Notes under the pieces: model-generated
What the model was told of the DNA's origin: nothing
The model's input: only the letters and a program-made list of their open reading frames with translations
Database searches by the model: none
From: Hyaloraphidium curvatum SAG 235-1
Lineage: Eukaryota > Fungi > Monoblepharomycota
Direction: 5' to 3'
Assembly (NCBI GenBank): GCA_025558095.1
Contig: JAIVFI010000020.1
Coordinates: forward strand, 186,001-250,000
DNA length: 64,000 nt
Part shown: positions 52,451 to 64,000 of the stretch, one piece after another
Numbering within the stretch: the stretch's first letter is position 1
How the letters are laid out: each line of letters opens with the position of its first letter
Program-made: the position numbers and the translations under genes

Positions 52451-54142
52451 ATGGCAGGGGCCGCGATTCCCAGCTCGGACTTGGAGGACTGGCGCGAAAT
52501 CGGCGTGGGCTCCTTCGGCCGCGTGTACCGCGTCAACTACCTCGGCACGGACGTGGCATGCAAGGAGTTCGCCGCCGGCACGGACGCGGACCGCAGGCTG
52601 CTCGAGCGCGAGATCGAGCTGCTGCGCGAGTGCCGCCACCCCAACGTGGTGCAGTTCATCGGCGTCTCGGACCACGGCGGGGCCACGGTCATGGTCACCG
52701 AGTTTGTTCCGAACGGGTCCCTCAGGTCGCTGCTTGAGAACCCCGCCGCCGACATACCCTGGCGCCTGCGTGTGGCTTTCGCCCTGGACGTGGCCCGCGG
52801 GGCGACGTACATGAGCAGCAGGGGCATGATCCACCGCGACATCAAGTCGGACAACCTCTTGCTCACGGAGAATCTGCGGGTCAAGATCGCTGACTTTGGC
52901 TTCTCACGCTTCCTCCCCACGACCACGGCCTCGCGCAACGAGCGTCTCTCGTACTGTGGCACCGATGCGACGATGGCACCGGAAATCATCCTCGGCCTGG
53001 ACTTTTTCGACGGGGCGGTGGACGTCTTTTCGTACGGGATCGTGCTCTGCGAGCTGGCCGCGCGCAGGACGGTCGAGCCGGGGGTGTTTGACCGGGTGAT
53101 CCCGGGCTTCGGAATCGACCCAGAGGAGATCAGGACGAGGGCGGCCGAGACCGGAATTGACGCCAGCGGAATTACGGCACCGGAAGCGTTCCTGGAGCTC
53201 GCGGCCCGGTGCACGGACGACGACCCGAAGAAGCGCCCGGCGTGGAAGCAAATCATCTTCCAGCTGGAGCAGGTCGAGAAGCAGCTCAAGCTCGGGGATC
53301 CGGACAACGTCGGGCTGCCCATGAACCGCTTCATGGACGCCGCTTCCTTCCTCTCGCTACTCGGCCCCTCGACGGCATCGCTGGACCTCCAGAGCCTTCG
53401 GTTGGCGCGGAGCAACCAGCCTTCGGCGCTCGAGCTCGGCGGCCTAGACGCAAAAGCGGTGCAGCTGATGCCGAGCCAGGAGACGCTTTCCGTTGACACT
53501 TCGTCGCTCCCGAACTCGAACTCGATCGGCGCGAGCCCGGTCGGCGAGATCAGGGACTCTTTCGAGACCGACAGCGCACGTTCGCCGGTCTCTGCCACCT
53601 TTTCCGCCTCGCCAACGACGCCTTCGCCTGGAAAGAAGCGGTCTTCACTCCCCGACATCCTGTCTCGCATGGTGACGGGCATGCGCGGATCCACCCATCG
53701 CGGGCTGGCGTCCGGATCGCCCGACAACAAGTCCCCGGACCGCACCCGCCCCTCCGTCTCCCGCGCCTCCTCCTCCCCACGTCTCTCTCCCATCCGCGCT
53801 CCGTCGAACAACCTCGTCCCCATCTCCGAAGCGCCCCCGCAGAGCCCCGGCACCCTCGTCGCGCACCGCTTCGCCCCACGCCTCAACATGGTCTCCAACC
53901 GGCGTTGCCAGGTCTGCGTCCAGCCTCTCGCGCTGATGCGCCGTGCGGTCGAATGCGACGGGTGCGGGTTCGTCGCGCACGCCGAGTGCGGGAGGGAGGC
54001 GCCGGCGACGTGCGGGCTTTCGCAGAGCGGGCTGCGCGCGGCGCTGGCGGAGCTGTCGGTGGTCGGGGCGCGGGCGGAGCAGCTCGAGGCGTCCGCGGGC
54101 GGTGACACGGGAGCACATGCCGAGGGTTCTTGGAACCAGTGA
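52451..54142 (+). CDS. TKL protein kinase (LIMK/TESK-like) with C-terminal C1 domain
   Basis: IGVGSFG, VACK, HRDIKSDN, DFG, APE and DVFSYG. C1 domain HRF...CQVC...CDGC...HAEC...C. Confidence 0.9.
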   Translation: MAGAAIPSSDLEDWREIGVGSFGRVYRVNYLGTDVACKEFAAGTDADRRLLEREIELLRECRHPNVVQFIGVSDHGGATVMVTEFVPNGSLRSLLENPAADIPWRLRVAFALDVARGATYMSSRGMIHRDIKSDNLLLTENLRVKIADFGFSRFLPTTTASRNERLSYCGTDATMAPEIILGLDFFDGAVDVFSYGIVLCELAARRTVEPGVFDRVIPGFGIDPEEIRTRAAETGIDASGITAPEAFLELAARCTDDDPKKRPAWKQIIFQLEQVEKQLKLGDPDNVGLPMNRFMDAASFLSLLGPSTASLDLQSLRLARSNQPSALELGGLDAKAVQLMPSQETLSVDTSSLPNSNSIGASPVGEIRDSFETDSARSPVSATFSASPTTPSPGKKRSSLPDILSRMVTGMRGSTHRGLASGSPDNKSPDRTRPSVSRASSSPRLSPIRAPSNNLVPISEAPPQSPGTLVAHRFAPRLNMVSNRRCQVCVQPLALMRRAVECDGCGFVAHAECGREAPATCGLSQSGLRAALAELSVVGARAEQLEASAGGDTGAHAEGSWNQ

Positions 54143-54319
54143 CTTTTGCGAACAGTCGTGCTCACTCATTCCCGTCGCTCATGTGAGGCACGCTCAAAAA
54201 GTCAAGTTGACGATCTTTCGCTCTCACCCGGACAGTAGCATGTCAGATATCATTGTGGTGTTCATTGTGCGATAGCATTTCTGTACAGCTGAGTCAAGAT
54301 TCAATGATGATGACATCAA

Positions 54320-55750
54320 TCAAGTTCCTTTCAGTTGGACGCCCTCGATGGCCCGCTCCGCCGTCAGCGCCTCCCAGATCCTCTGAGGATCCCACCCCTC
54401 GAACGCGATCCCGTGCACCGTCCGGAAGAGGGGAAAGTCCGCCGCGCTGCCCCTCGCCAGCAGGAACTGGTACACCTGCGCCGCGGTAGAGGTGCCCTGC
54501 AGCTTCTGGCCGTTGAGCAGCTCGTCCTGCAATGCGGTAAAGGTCGCGTTGCGCCGGGAGGTGAACTCGCGGGCGAGGGTGAAGTTGCGGCCCGAGGTGC
54601 AGGAGGTGATCATGTCCTGTTCGCCATGCGCGTTAGCAACGACCATCGCACGAGAGCGGCCAGCACTTACAGCCACGCCGCAGCTCTCGAGCAGGGTCGC
54701 GCTCTTCATGCCACCGTAGTAGCGATCGGCGAAGCGCTTCATCTCGAGCAGACCCAGCCGGATCATCGTTGCCTTGGCGTTACTCCCCATCTTGAGCCCC
54801 TCCACAAAACCGGCCGCGAGGGCAACCACGTTCTTCAGCGCCCCGCACAGCTCGACCCCCTTCAGGTCGTCGATCGAGCTCACACGGAAATAGGTCCCGT
54901 TGTCCAAAAGCGCCATCCACAGCGGGACGTCGGCCGCGCTCGCAGAGTCAAAGCCCAGCGTGGACTCGGTTGGCTGCTCGCGAGCAATCTCGGCGGCTAT
55001 GTTGGCGCCGCTGAGAACAGACACCGAAAGCCGGCGATCCGGTGGGGAAAGCACATTGCGGATGTGCTCCGAAGGCAGTTCGATCTTTGTCGGATCGTGC
55101 AGCGACGAGGGAAGCAGGCCCTTTATCAGGGAGACGGCTTTGACGCGGCCACGGAACGAGGCGGGGTACGCTTCCAAAACCGATTGCACTGTGATGCATG
55201 CCGACTCCAAGAACTCGTGCGGCAGCACGAAGACCAGCATCGTCGCTCCGTTCACCGCCGAAGCCAGGTCAGGATCGGCGACAACGTTAGTGGGCAGCGA
55301 GATACCAGGAAGGTACTTTGGGTTCTCGTGCGTCTCGTTCACGAGCTCCGTGAGCTTCCTCCCCTTGACAATTTCCTCAAAGACCCACATCCGGACCGAG
55401 GATTCGAAGAGGGCAGGGCGCCGGGAGACGTTCGTCGTGATCATCTTCGCGGCGGTTGTGCCCCAGTTTCCCGAGCCAATGACCGCAACGCGTTCCTTGG
55501 AAATGAAGGTGCTCAGACCACGGTGATTGTATAGTTTTCGGTTGTATAGTTTTCGGCCAAGGAAAGTCCGAAAGGCGCGTCTGGGATCGTCCGAACCCCG
55601 GGCCAGTGACGTCTGGCACTGAGTCCTCTGCGACGCTCCGGAGACATGTTTGGGCCACGGAGCACATTGAGGTCGACCAAATGCCGGGATTTGCTGGCAA
55701 TGGTAGAGCAAAGATGGCAGTCTCGCGTGTAGTCGGTGTGGGATGGTCAT
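54320..55750 (-). CDS. GPD1: NAD-dependent glycerol-3-phosphate dehydrogenase
   Basis: VIGSGNWG, MWVFEE, HENPKYLPG, VLPH, SLIKG, LSGANIA, CGALKN, ESCGVA|DMITSC..GRN (in-frame intron ~54618-54671) and NGQKLQG. True start uncertain. Confidence 0.9.
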   Translation of the reverse strand: MTIPHRLHARLPSLLYHCQQIPAFGRPQCAPWPKHVSGASQRTQCQTSLARGSDDPRRAFRTFLGRKLYNRKLYNHRGLSTFISKERVAVIGSGNWGTTAAKMITTNVSRRPALFESSVRMWVFEEIVKGRKLTELVNETHENPKYLPGISLPTNVVADPDLASAVNGATMLVFVLPHEFLESACITVQSVLEAYPASFRGRVKAVSLIKGLLPSSLHDPTKIELPSEHIRNVLSPPDRRLSVSVLSGANIAAEIAREQPTESTLGFDSASAADVPLWMALLDNGTYFRVSSIDDLKGVELCGALKNVVALAAGFVEGLKMGSNAKATMIRLGLLEMKRFADRYYGGMKSATLLESCGVAVSAGRSRAMVVANAHGEQDMITSCTSGRNFTLAREFTSRRNATFTALQDELLNGQKLQGTSTAAQVYQFLLARGSAADFPLFRTVHGIAFEGWDPQRIWEALTAERAIEGVQLKGT

Positions 55751-55936
55751 TGTTTGTGTCGGTGTTTACGCTGCCAGCTCCTCCGAATCCGTGGTGGTAA
55801 GTGGACGCGGGAACGCGCCGGCGACCTTTCTCAAGGCCGGGACAACTCGAGTTCGCAATCGTCAGAAAGAAAGGGCACGTAGTCCGCGAGCTCCGCGGCC
55901 GCCTCATGTCGAAAAAGATCATCAAGTTCACGAAGC

Positions 55937-58640
55937 CTACAACTTGGCCTGCGCCGACCCAAGAACCTTCTCCTGAAGCTCTTTCCTCAGCTCTCGCTTC
56001 AATATTTTCATCGATCCGTTCTTGACCTTGGAAGGCGATCGAGGCATGACAACCGCGGCGCATTAAGTCGAGGGTAACACCTACCAATTCTTCAGTTCTG
56101 AAGTCCCAATGAACGGGGATTTTGAACGCTCCAAGCTTCGTCTTGAGCTGCTCCGTAATCTGCTGAGCGAGCTTCGCCTCGCCTTGCGCCAACGCCTCGG
56201 GCTTGACCCTCGCGACGCAGCCGACCTCCTCGCCGAGCACACGGTGCGGGATGCCCACAACTGCGCATTCGACGACGGAGTCGCAGGTCATGAGGGCGGC
56301 TTCGACCTCGGCGCTCTGCGGAACGCAAGAACGGTCAGATGGTACGCAACTCGCAACCGCAACGTAATACTAGCGTAGATATTTTCGCCACCACTGTGCG
56401 CAGCCATGTAGAGCAACGTTGGAGGGCGGAGGGGGAAAGGGCGGGAGGCACGGTAGCACCAGACGAGCCAAGACAGAAAATTAGAGCTCCAGGACCCTCA
56501 GAACGCCCTGCTGACCGTACCGGATCAACATATCCTGGTCGCATCGTAACCGAAGAGCAGACAAACGCAATACACGAGCAGTTAGAGCCTTCAAGTGATG
56601 GGAAACGCTCCAAGGCACCTTGATTCTGTCTTGCATCACCAAGAAACCCTCGTCATCGATCAATCCGGAGTCCCCGGTCTTGATAAAGCCATCCGGCGTG
56701 AAAGTCTTGGCGTTGGCCTGCGTAGAACGAGCGCCGTCGTCACAAAGGAAGTTTCGGTGTCACGAATTGTTGCACAGGCGAAACATGGCGAGAGCAATCA
56801 CCTCAGGCTTCTTGTAGTATCCCTGGATAACGCCGGGGCCGCGAATCCAAATCTCGCCCCTCTGGCCCCGCGGCACTTCCTTGCCGGTCTCTTCGTCGAC
56901 AATCTTGACGTCGAAGAGCGGTCCAGCAACACCGACAGAGTGCGGCTTCCGGAGATAATCCTCTTGCATGTTGAAGACGACGCCTTGGCTGAGCTCGGTC
57001 ATGCCCTGGTACCGCGGCAACCGTCAGCTCAGCCAACGCGTCCAAAAATGTCCTGTACTCGCATACGCATTCACTCCCCCAAAGGCAAATCCAGGTGCAG
57101 GGGTCTTGATTAAAGCCTTGAGCTTGCCCACGATCTCCGGGGCGGCCGGAGCCCCGGAATACCTGATCATGATCAGCTTCAGCATCTTCAGTCGCGTCGT
57201 CACTTTGGGGGACTCACATCATGGTATCGAAGCTTGATATGTCTCTGGTCTTCACGTCAGGGTGCTCCATCATCTGCCAGACAATGGTGGGCACGGCCGT
57301 GATTCCATTGACCTGTCAAAATGTCAGAAGGTGGAGTCCCGGGACCCGCCATCACGCACCTTCTCCTGCTCGATGAGCTTCAAGCCGAGTCCCGGCTCCC
57401 ACTTGTAAATCATCACATACTTGGTCCCTGTAGTGCTTCCGGTGATGACAGGCCTTCGTGGATTGGGGTGACGTTAAGTGCGGAACGCCGATGGCACGAG
57501 CGCAACAAACATACCACAGTCCGGTTCCGTGGAACAGCGGTGCAACCTGGAGGCTCACACGCTGCACGGCTACTGCCGGCGGCTCAGGGATGGCATCACC
57601 GCGTCGAAGGAAGTAGCGAGCCATCACGACCTGCGTGCCAGGAACTCCTTGAAGCCAGCCTTGCTGGCAGATGTAGGCGCCCTTGGGAAGACCCTGTAGA
57701 CATACACGTTAGTAATGTCCAGCGGCTAGCTGGCGGCTTGTTGAAGAACCCCTGGGTGCAATGATGGTAACTCAAGTCAAGACTCCCCTCCGGTTCACAG
57801 GCGGGTCCCCGCACCCACACTGTAGTGCCTGACGTAAAAAGAATCATCAACCCCGACTCTGGTGCGAGCTCCACCCGCGGGACCTCGATGTCCCTCCACT
57901 TGGGGTCGCCGCGCGCCATGAAGCCGTCCCACGTGATGACCGAGCCGCCGTGGGGTGCAGGTTTGAGGGCACGCCCCGACGGCTTGATGACGACGAGAGA
58001 ACGCAGCTGCGACTTGGCGGGATCGAAGAGGTCCGAATAATGAGGTTCCAGCCTCTCGATCCGCTCGGCATCCGCAAAGATGAGCTTGCAGTCGCTGTCG
58101 GTGGCGCAGTACAGCAGCTCGGGGCCCGTGAGCCATGCGTTGATCGGCACAGCAACACATCCCATCGCAACGATGGCCCAGAAGGCTATCATGAACTCTG
58201 GAAAGTTGCGGCTGGCGATGCCGACATGGTCGCCCTTCTTGATACCGTAGACCTGTCGTAACGGATCAATCCCCTGTGATGGCGGATGCTTCGTGTAAAG
58301 TGCACCTTCTGAAGAATGTGGGACACCTGTTGGACGCGCTTGACACCCTCGCCGTAGGTGATCCTCTCGTTCTCCTGGATTGGGCAATGCTTCGTCAACT
58401 CACACACCATGGGGCCGCAACGGATAGACAACCCACGTAGACGAACCACTCCCAAGAGGGATTCACGGCAAGAACCATGTCCCAGAGGACCCGGATGTCC
58501 TTGGGCGCGTGCTTAAACACCCGGAGGCCTTTTCGACCATGGAGGGTCGTTTCGACGATTTCGAACGGGCCACCGGGCTGGCAAAGGAGCCGGTGGCACT
58601 CTTCGTGGCTCAGCACCGCTGGCTTGATTTCCGACGCCAT
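55937..58640 (-). CDS. Peroxisomal long-chain acyl-CoA synthetase (AMP-binding, FadD-like), many introns
   Basis: GDHVGIASRNFPE, VPINAW, ILFTSGTT, GMTE, HSVG, GEIWIRGP, FTPDGFIKTGD and VVGIPHRVLGEE. Last exon ends QAKL* (PTS1). Confidence 0.85.
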
Positions 58641-59028
58641 GTTTCGCCGGGTTAACGGCGGAAATCGGGAATAAGCGCAATGTCTCCCGGGTCTGAGAGC
58701 GATCGGATCGGCGGCCGGCGGCGGATCCGAACTTCCACCGTTTGCGGCAAAGACTGTCGGTAACGGACAGCAATGTACGCAAAGAAGTGGATCGAATACA
58801 TGAAGGAAGATGGCGGGAGAAGGGCAGCTTGCAAGCAGCTCTCGACACTGAAGAGTCGAAACGGCGAAATCGCAAATAGAAGACCTTGCTATCGTTTCCA
58901 CATTATTCATTCTGCTTGTTTTTCTTTGGTCGGTGTGTCGCTGGCATGGGTTCGATTGGGCAGCGGGCGACAGTCGACGGAACTGCTGACTCTGCGGTCC
59001 CACAAGCTCCACCCCGCCCTCCTCAACC

Positions 59029-59982
59029 ATGGCCGAAGGCACTGGTCACACCTACCGTTCCGCGAATGACTCCTCCACGCTGCCGCCTCCGGCCCCACCA
59101 GCGCTGCACCCGGCCCTTGGGCTCTTGCTCGCAAACCGCAGCACCGTCCTCTTCCCCACCCCGAATCCCGGGACGGACGACGTTCTCTGGGTTTCGTCGG
59201 CGGAACTGGAGCGGCGTCTGAACGAGCTTGCCGGCGCGTGCATGGCGGCCCTGGTCCCGCCCGTCCCCGGCACGGCATCGGACATGGGTGTCCCAGATCA
59301 GGCCCTGCTCGCGACCGTCGTCGAAGGATCTCTCGCCCAGCTTCGAAGCTTCGTGGAAATCACCAAAGGCTACGAAAGGCGCATGGCAGAGCTCAGGGAC
59401 GCGCCTTCGTTCGCGACGGACGTTCAGACTGAGGTTCAGAGTCACATGCTGCCCTCACGCCCCCTCGCGCATGGTTCGCCCCAACGGGAGCTGTCGCCTT
59501 CGACCAGCGTAAAGAGCGACACTCGAATGATGACGGAGCAAAGCCCCAGCAGGGCGGAACCCGCGACCAAGCGGCCCAAGAAGGCCCAACCTCTTCCGAT
59601 CGAGCCGGCCGGCCAGCCCTCCTTCTTCGTTCCCCCGATCAAAACCGAAGATCTTACCGCATCCTTCTCTCGCGCCACTCCGCCGAGAAAGAAGGCCGTC
59701 CAGCTTCCGACGCCCCCGAACGACTTTTCCCCAAACGGCGCCCCGTCGCACAAGGCGCACAAGGCTCCGAGGAAGCCCGCGGTGCCGCAGGTCAAGCAGC
59801 AGCCCCCTCTTGCGCCATTCGTCGCTCCCCTTACCGCATTCCCCACGCACATCCAACTGCCGACTGTTCCTGCGACCGGCGCCGAACTGATGGGCACCTT
59901 GGGCGAAGTCGTGACGCCTCGGATCGAAGCGGCAAACGCGATTCTTCAGCTGGAGCGCGATGCTCGTGCAGCGATGCGATGA
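59029..59982 (+). CDS. Hypothetical Pro-rich protein with a basic NLS-like motif
   Basis: 317-aa ATG ORF with host-like codon use; helical N-terminal half and PATKRPKK. Confidence 0.55.
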   Translation: MAEGTGHTYRSANDSSTLPPPAPPALHPALGLLLANRSTVLFPTPNPGTDDVLWVSSAELERRLNELAGACMAALVPPVPGTASDMGVPDQALLATVVEGSLAQLRSFVEITKGYERRMAELRDAPSFATDVQTEVQSHMLPSRPLAHGSPQRELSPSTSVKSDTRMMTEQSPSRAEPATKRPKKAQPLPIEPAGQPSFFVPPIKTEDLTASFSRATPPRKKAVQLPTPPNDFSPNGAPSHKAHKAPRKPAVPQVKQQPPLAPFVAPLTAFPTHIQLPTVPATGAELMGTLGEVVTPRIEAANAILQLERDARAAMR

Positions 59983-61791
59983 TTTCTCCAGGCTACTACT
60001 GATCGTTGAACAGACTTCTGATCTGCGATGCGGACGGGTTTGACTTTTCCCGGCGAGGCATAGAACGATAGATGTTGTTTGTTCGCACGCTAGGATGGTA
60101 GCTGTGGCTATAGGATACATTAGTCTTTCACTGCACTTCCTTTTCGTGCTCTGTTGTTAGTCCGCTGCCAGTAGTTAGAAATCGGAACAACAACAAAACT
60201 ACAGACCCCCCGGCGTCGCCACTTTCAAAGGCCCTAGTGCGGGCGGTTCGGAAACACCGGGCCCAGGAAACCCGCATGGCCGCTCTCCAAATGTAGCGAC
60301 GCGGCAACCGTTACCGTCGTGGCAGTCCTCAACGCGGAAACCAGCAAGACAGCTCCACCGGCGCCACTGCACCTGCAAAAAAAGCAAACCAACTTTTCCT
60401 ACCTCCGGCGCTACATCGCAGACGACTTCTATATTCAGTGTTGCCTTTTGAACACCTTTTTGAAGAATGGTCCCATCACCAAGCTACAGGTCAAATTCAA
60501 CTCCAGATCCCGCCTTGCCTCTGCTTCCAGCCGCGCCTGCTCCTGTTTCAACGCTCCCAAGTCCGTCTCCATTTGCCGCCAAGTCTGCCCAATCCTTTCC
60601 ACTTCCCTCTAGAGTTCATGGATTGATGAGCTCGCTTCGACATTCGGTCGCCGTCGTGCTGCATCCGTCCCTAACGTCCGTGCGCAGTTTGATGCTCCAT
60701 TGTCATGCACAGAGGGGGTTTGTCGTCCGGAGACGTTCCGAGATGGCAAAGGCGGGATTTGAAGCGCGTTCGCGAGGAAGAGGTGCGAACGCAGACCGCG
60801 GTCCAGAACAGCACAGCACGTCACCCTCGACGACCTCACCCTCAGCTCGTAATGCCGCACCGATATACGGTGGAGAACAGCGCGGCCGTCAGTAGTCTCT
60901 TACGCGATTCCTGGTTCCACCCCTGGGATGGCAGTACGGGCTCGCGCGTGGACCGTGGCCCGTTAAACTGGAAACGAACTGCCGAGCGAACTCCCCTCCC
61001 CGACCTGCAAACGCATCCCGCTTAAACGGCACCTAGGCGGCGCCAGGAGCATCTTGGAAGGCGATGCCGACGGCGCGGCTCCGTTTTGCGCCCGATCGTC
61101 GTCGCTACGACGACCGAAGTGCCGCGGTTGTGTCGAACCGCTGCGCTCCCGTTTCGCGACGTGGCATTCCACAGAAAGGGGGCCGAGCTCCCAGAATTCC
61201 ACGTCGGAAAACGACTCAAAGGGGATCTCGGCCGCTCAGAACCCGATTCTGGGGAACCCGCACCGCATCGGTTTGGCGCTAGACCATGTCGCCCGCCGGA
61301 GCACTGGAAGCGACGGAGGTCAGGCGGTAGCGGCTCTCCTCCTCTGGAGCTTCAATGGATAAAATGCTTCGCTCGCCGGTGTCTGGAGCCGCGTTGGCAT
61401 CCGCCGGCGCGCGGACGGTGCGGCGCCCGAATCCCTCGGAGCTAGTGGCCGATTCGAAATAAGTGCAAAGGCGGCGCGAGTTCCTTCCGGTCTAATCGTT
61501 CGGCCCTATGGAGTGGAGCAAGGAGCTTTCGCGGGTCCCGGGAGTCCGATCCCGCTTTGGCTGGTCCGAGCGCGCCGGAGCCGGGACCCCCCGGTCAATC
61601 GACTCGGGCTGGTGAAACCCCCGGCAACCGGGCGGAGCTCCCAGCGGCAGAGGGCCGGGAACTGTATGGAATCGGACACCGAGAAGGGCTTTTTCGACGC
61701 GCGGCCTTGGGTTTAGGCGGGCCGTGTGGGCGCCGCACATTCCATCACCGACCCGCACGCCCGCCCGCCCCACCCGTGCCCCGCCCGCCAC

Positions 61792-64000
61792 GATGGGCGT
61801 CGGCAAGGGAAGATGGCAGGGTGTTTCTCTGCCGCCGCGGGCCCCCCCGCCGCCGCCGCCGCCGAAGCCCAGGAGGGGCAAGCGGTGGACCATCCCCGAG
61901 AAGGGCGAGAAGCCGAGCCTGCTGTGCGCCCCCGTGCTCGCCCTCCTCGGAACCGTCAACACCGCCGCCGCTCTCGCGCTTGCCGTGCACGGCACATCCA
62001 GCCTCCCCACCCCCACCCCGGTTGTCCTTGCCGACCCTGCCCACCACGTCATTGCGCCCCCCCAAGTGACGCTGCTCCATGCCGCCTGCATGATGGCGGC
62101 CGTCGCCGCCCTGTTCGCACTGGACGCTGCGATGGACTGGCTGGCTGAGGTGCTCGGGGTGAGCGAGGAGGTCGGCTGGATGGGTGCCGTTGCCCGTTGG
62201 GTGGGGTCGGCGGCGTCCCGGGTGCGGGAGTGGGCGAGGAAGAATATGGGCTGCCGGGCACGCAAGAACGGCGGATTTCCGGTCGCTCAAGTCGTCACAC
62301 GCACCCTAGCCGCTTCGGCCGCCGTCATCGCCATCTTGGCCGCGATGAGGCGTGCACTGGGCGGATCCGTGACCTGGTCCAACCTGACCGACGCGGCCAT
62401 GCTCCTCCCTATCGGCTTCTTCACCGTGACGATGCTCCAGTGGATCCAGGCCGATTCGGCGCCCCGCAAGAGCAAACAGCTTCGCCTTCTGCGCAGGTGC
62501 AGGACCGCCAAGATCCTCAAGCCCTCCGCCGCGCCGCCCGGATTCGTCAACGTCGCCACCGCGACCGGACTCGTATTCGTCGCGGCGTTTGCGTACATTC
62601 TGTCCTCTCCGTGGTTGCATTCGTTCCCGTTCGACGCCGGCGTCTCCATCCTCGTCGCGGCAGTCTTTGCCTTCGCCGACAGCCAGAGATGGCACAAGTC
62701 GGACACAACTGGCCGCTGGATCTCGGACGTCAGGATGACCGTCGGCGACTGGGTGAATGTGTTGTCAGATCCGTGCCTCGTAACCTTTCGCAGCGTGCGC
62801 GCCCACGTGAGCGAGGCACTGGAGCGGGAGCGCAAGCTACGCGGCCTCTCGCTCGTCGCACCGAACCGCCATGCCCGCCGGCGCACGACGCGCACGGCGC
62901 GCGGCCTCTCTCGCCCAAGGCTGCTGCCTCGGGCGCCGCGATGCCGCCTGCTCTTGGCCGTCGCTCTGGGAGTGGTCCGCGTGCTCTTCGGCGCGCGGTC
63001 GCTGGTCGGTAGCATCACTGCGCTGGCAGCGCACGTGCTCGAGACCCTGTGGAGCTGGGCGGCCGAGGAAGGACAGAAGGCCGGCCCGCCGACGGTCCCT
63101 GGTGCCTGGATGGACACGGACGAGGGGCCAAGGCAGCGCCTTACCACTCTGCTCACCGGTAGGCACATGCACTCGGGTCGTTGGCAGAGCGTTCTGATCG
63201 ACGTCGTCCACTGAAGTCAAGGAGATCAACTGGTTCGTCCAGTCCGCCGCGCAACAAGGCTCCGACCACGATCAACTTGCACGCACCTTTACCTACCCCG
63301 CCTTCGCGGTTCAGGACAGACGCCTTTCTCATTGGCTCACGGGTTCGTCTATTCCGCTTCGGGCCACGCGCATTCTGATGAAATGCCCACAGTGGACCAG
63401 TTCCTCGCCGCCAAGCTGTGCCGCGCGTGGCTCCGCGCCCCGTGGGACGACGCCGCGCAAGCCTGGATGTCTGTCCCTGCGGCGGCGCAGAGCCGCTCGA
63501 CCCGGCGGCGGCGGCGCAGGCAGTTCGGACTCTTCCTCCGCCCCGTACTCGCGCTTGCCACAAGGACGGCTTGGCTCGCCAACGAGGCAACGCTGAGCAT
63601 AGATACGCAGACTGCGGAGCTCAACGGCGAGAATCCTGTGCTTGGAACGGACGACCTCCCGCCGCTGTGCCGCAAGACCCGCGAGGTCATCTTGGCCGAA
63701 ATTGCATTCCTGAGCGCTCCCAGCAGGTAGGCCACGGTGCTGTTGGCCCTTGGGGCGTCGGTCCTCATTCGTACCGTTTCGAAAGGCAAGTGCCCGGCTC
63801 CGAGGGCACGGCCAAGGGCAAGGGCAAGGCCAAGGCACCTCCTGGAGGAGCGGACGGAGATGGGTTGGAGCCGCCGCCGAGCAAGGTCGGCAAGGTGTGC
63901 GGAAGATGCGGGGGGGCCGACCATGAACGGGCCAGCAACAGGCTGTGTCCGTATCACAAGCCCACCATCAAGGCGACGGCGAAGAAGGACGTCGAGCAGG
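61792..64000 (+). pseudogene. Degenerate multi-frame locus: membrane-segment-rich N-terminal part, then helical region and CCHC zinc knuckle; possibly mobile-element derived; runs off the window
   Basis: ORF to 63214, then frame jumps (TEVKEINWFVQ..., AHGFVYSASG..., in-frame TAG at 63728) and EPPPSKVGKVCGRCGGADHERASNRLCPYHK at ~63868-63960. Confidence 0.4.

Noticed and set aside
55526-55556. 15-bp tandem duplication (RKLYN x2) in the GPD1 N-terminal extension
   Set aside because: Simple in-frame slippage in a non-conserved leader; no functional inference possible.
60200-61450. Short ORFs and a coiled-coil-like minus-strand fragment (EEVERIGQTWRQMETDLGALKQEQARLE)
   Set aside because: Interrupted by stops, no recognisable family and no consistent exon chain.
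1-64000. Bacterial origin or contaminant contig, suggested by high GC and many bacterial-type genes
   Set aside because: Many genes need GT-AG introns to restore conserved motifs, and eukaryote-specific genes (mL41, Hikeshi, LARP7, F-box, hAT) are interleaved throughout.

Overview
This is gene-dense, high-GC eukaryotic DNA with many short (about 50-90 nt) spliceosomal introns. The gene content (mL41, SLY41-like TPT, OPI10/Hikeshi, LARP7, GPD1, TKL kinases, F-box proteins) points to an early-diverging fungus, possibly a monoblepharid/chytrid-type lineage; the taxon is an inference. The window holds about 30 protein-coding loci, a full-length hAT DNA transposon (42289-45142), degenerate F-box pseudogenes, a TE-end relic and a diverged ~0.4 kb promoter duplication. 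The most notable item is an intronless, lower-GC gene at 2043-4211 (-). It encodes a bacterial-type AIPR (abortive infection phage resistance) protein with a PD-(D/E)xK-like nuclease module and a ParB/Srx-like NGCQT domain, plus a eukaryote-style N-terminal basic NLS-like motif and CCHC zinc knuckle. It is a candidate prokaryotic anti-phage module domesticated in a fungus. Other highlights: an intron-containing NylC (nylon-oligomer hydrolase)-like Ntn hydrolase; a prepro-secreted protein with ten cationic 4-Cys repeats and acidic flanks; a secreted/GPI-type flavin amine oxidase; and a degenerate locus at the right edge whose PPPSK-CCHC knuckle resembles the one on AIPR. All calls come from reading motifs by eye; no database searches were run.
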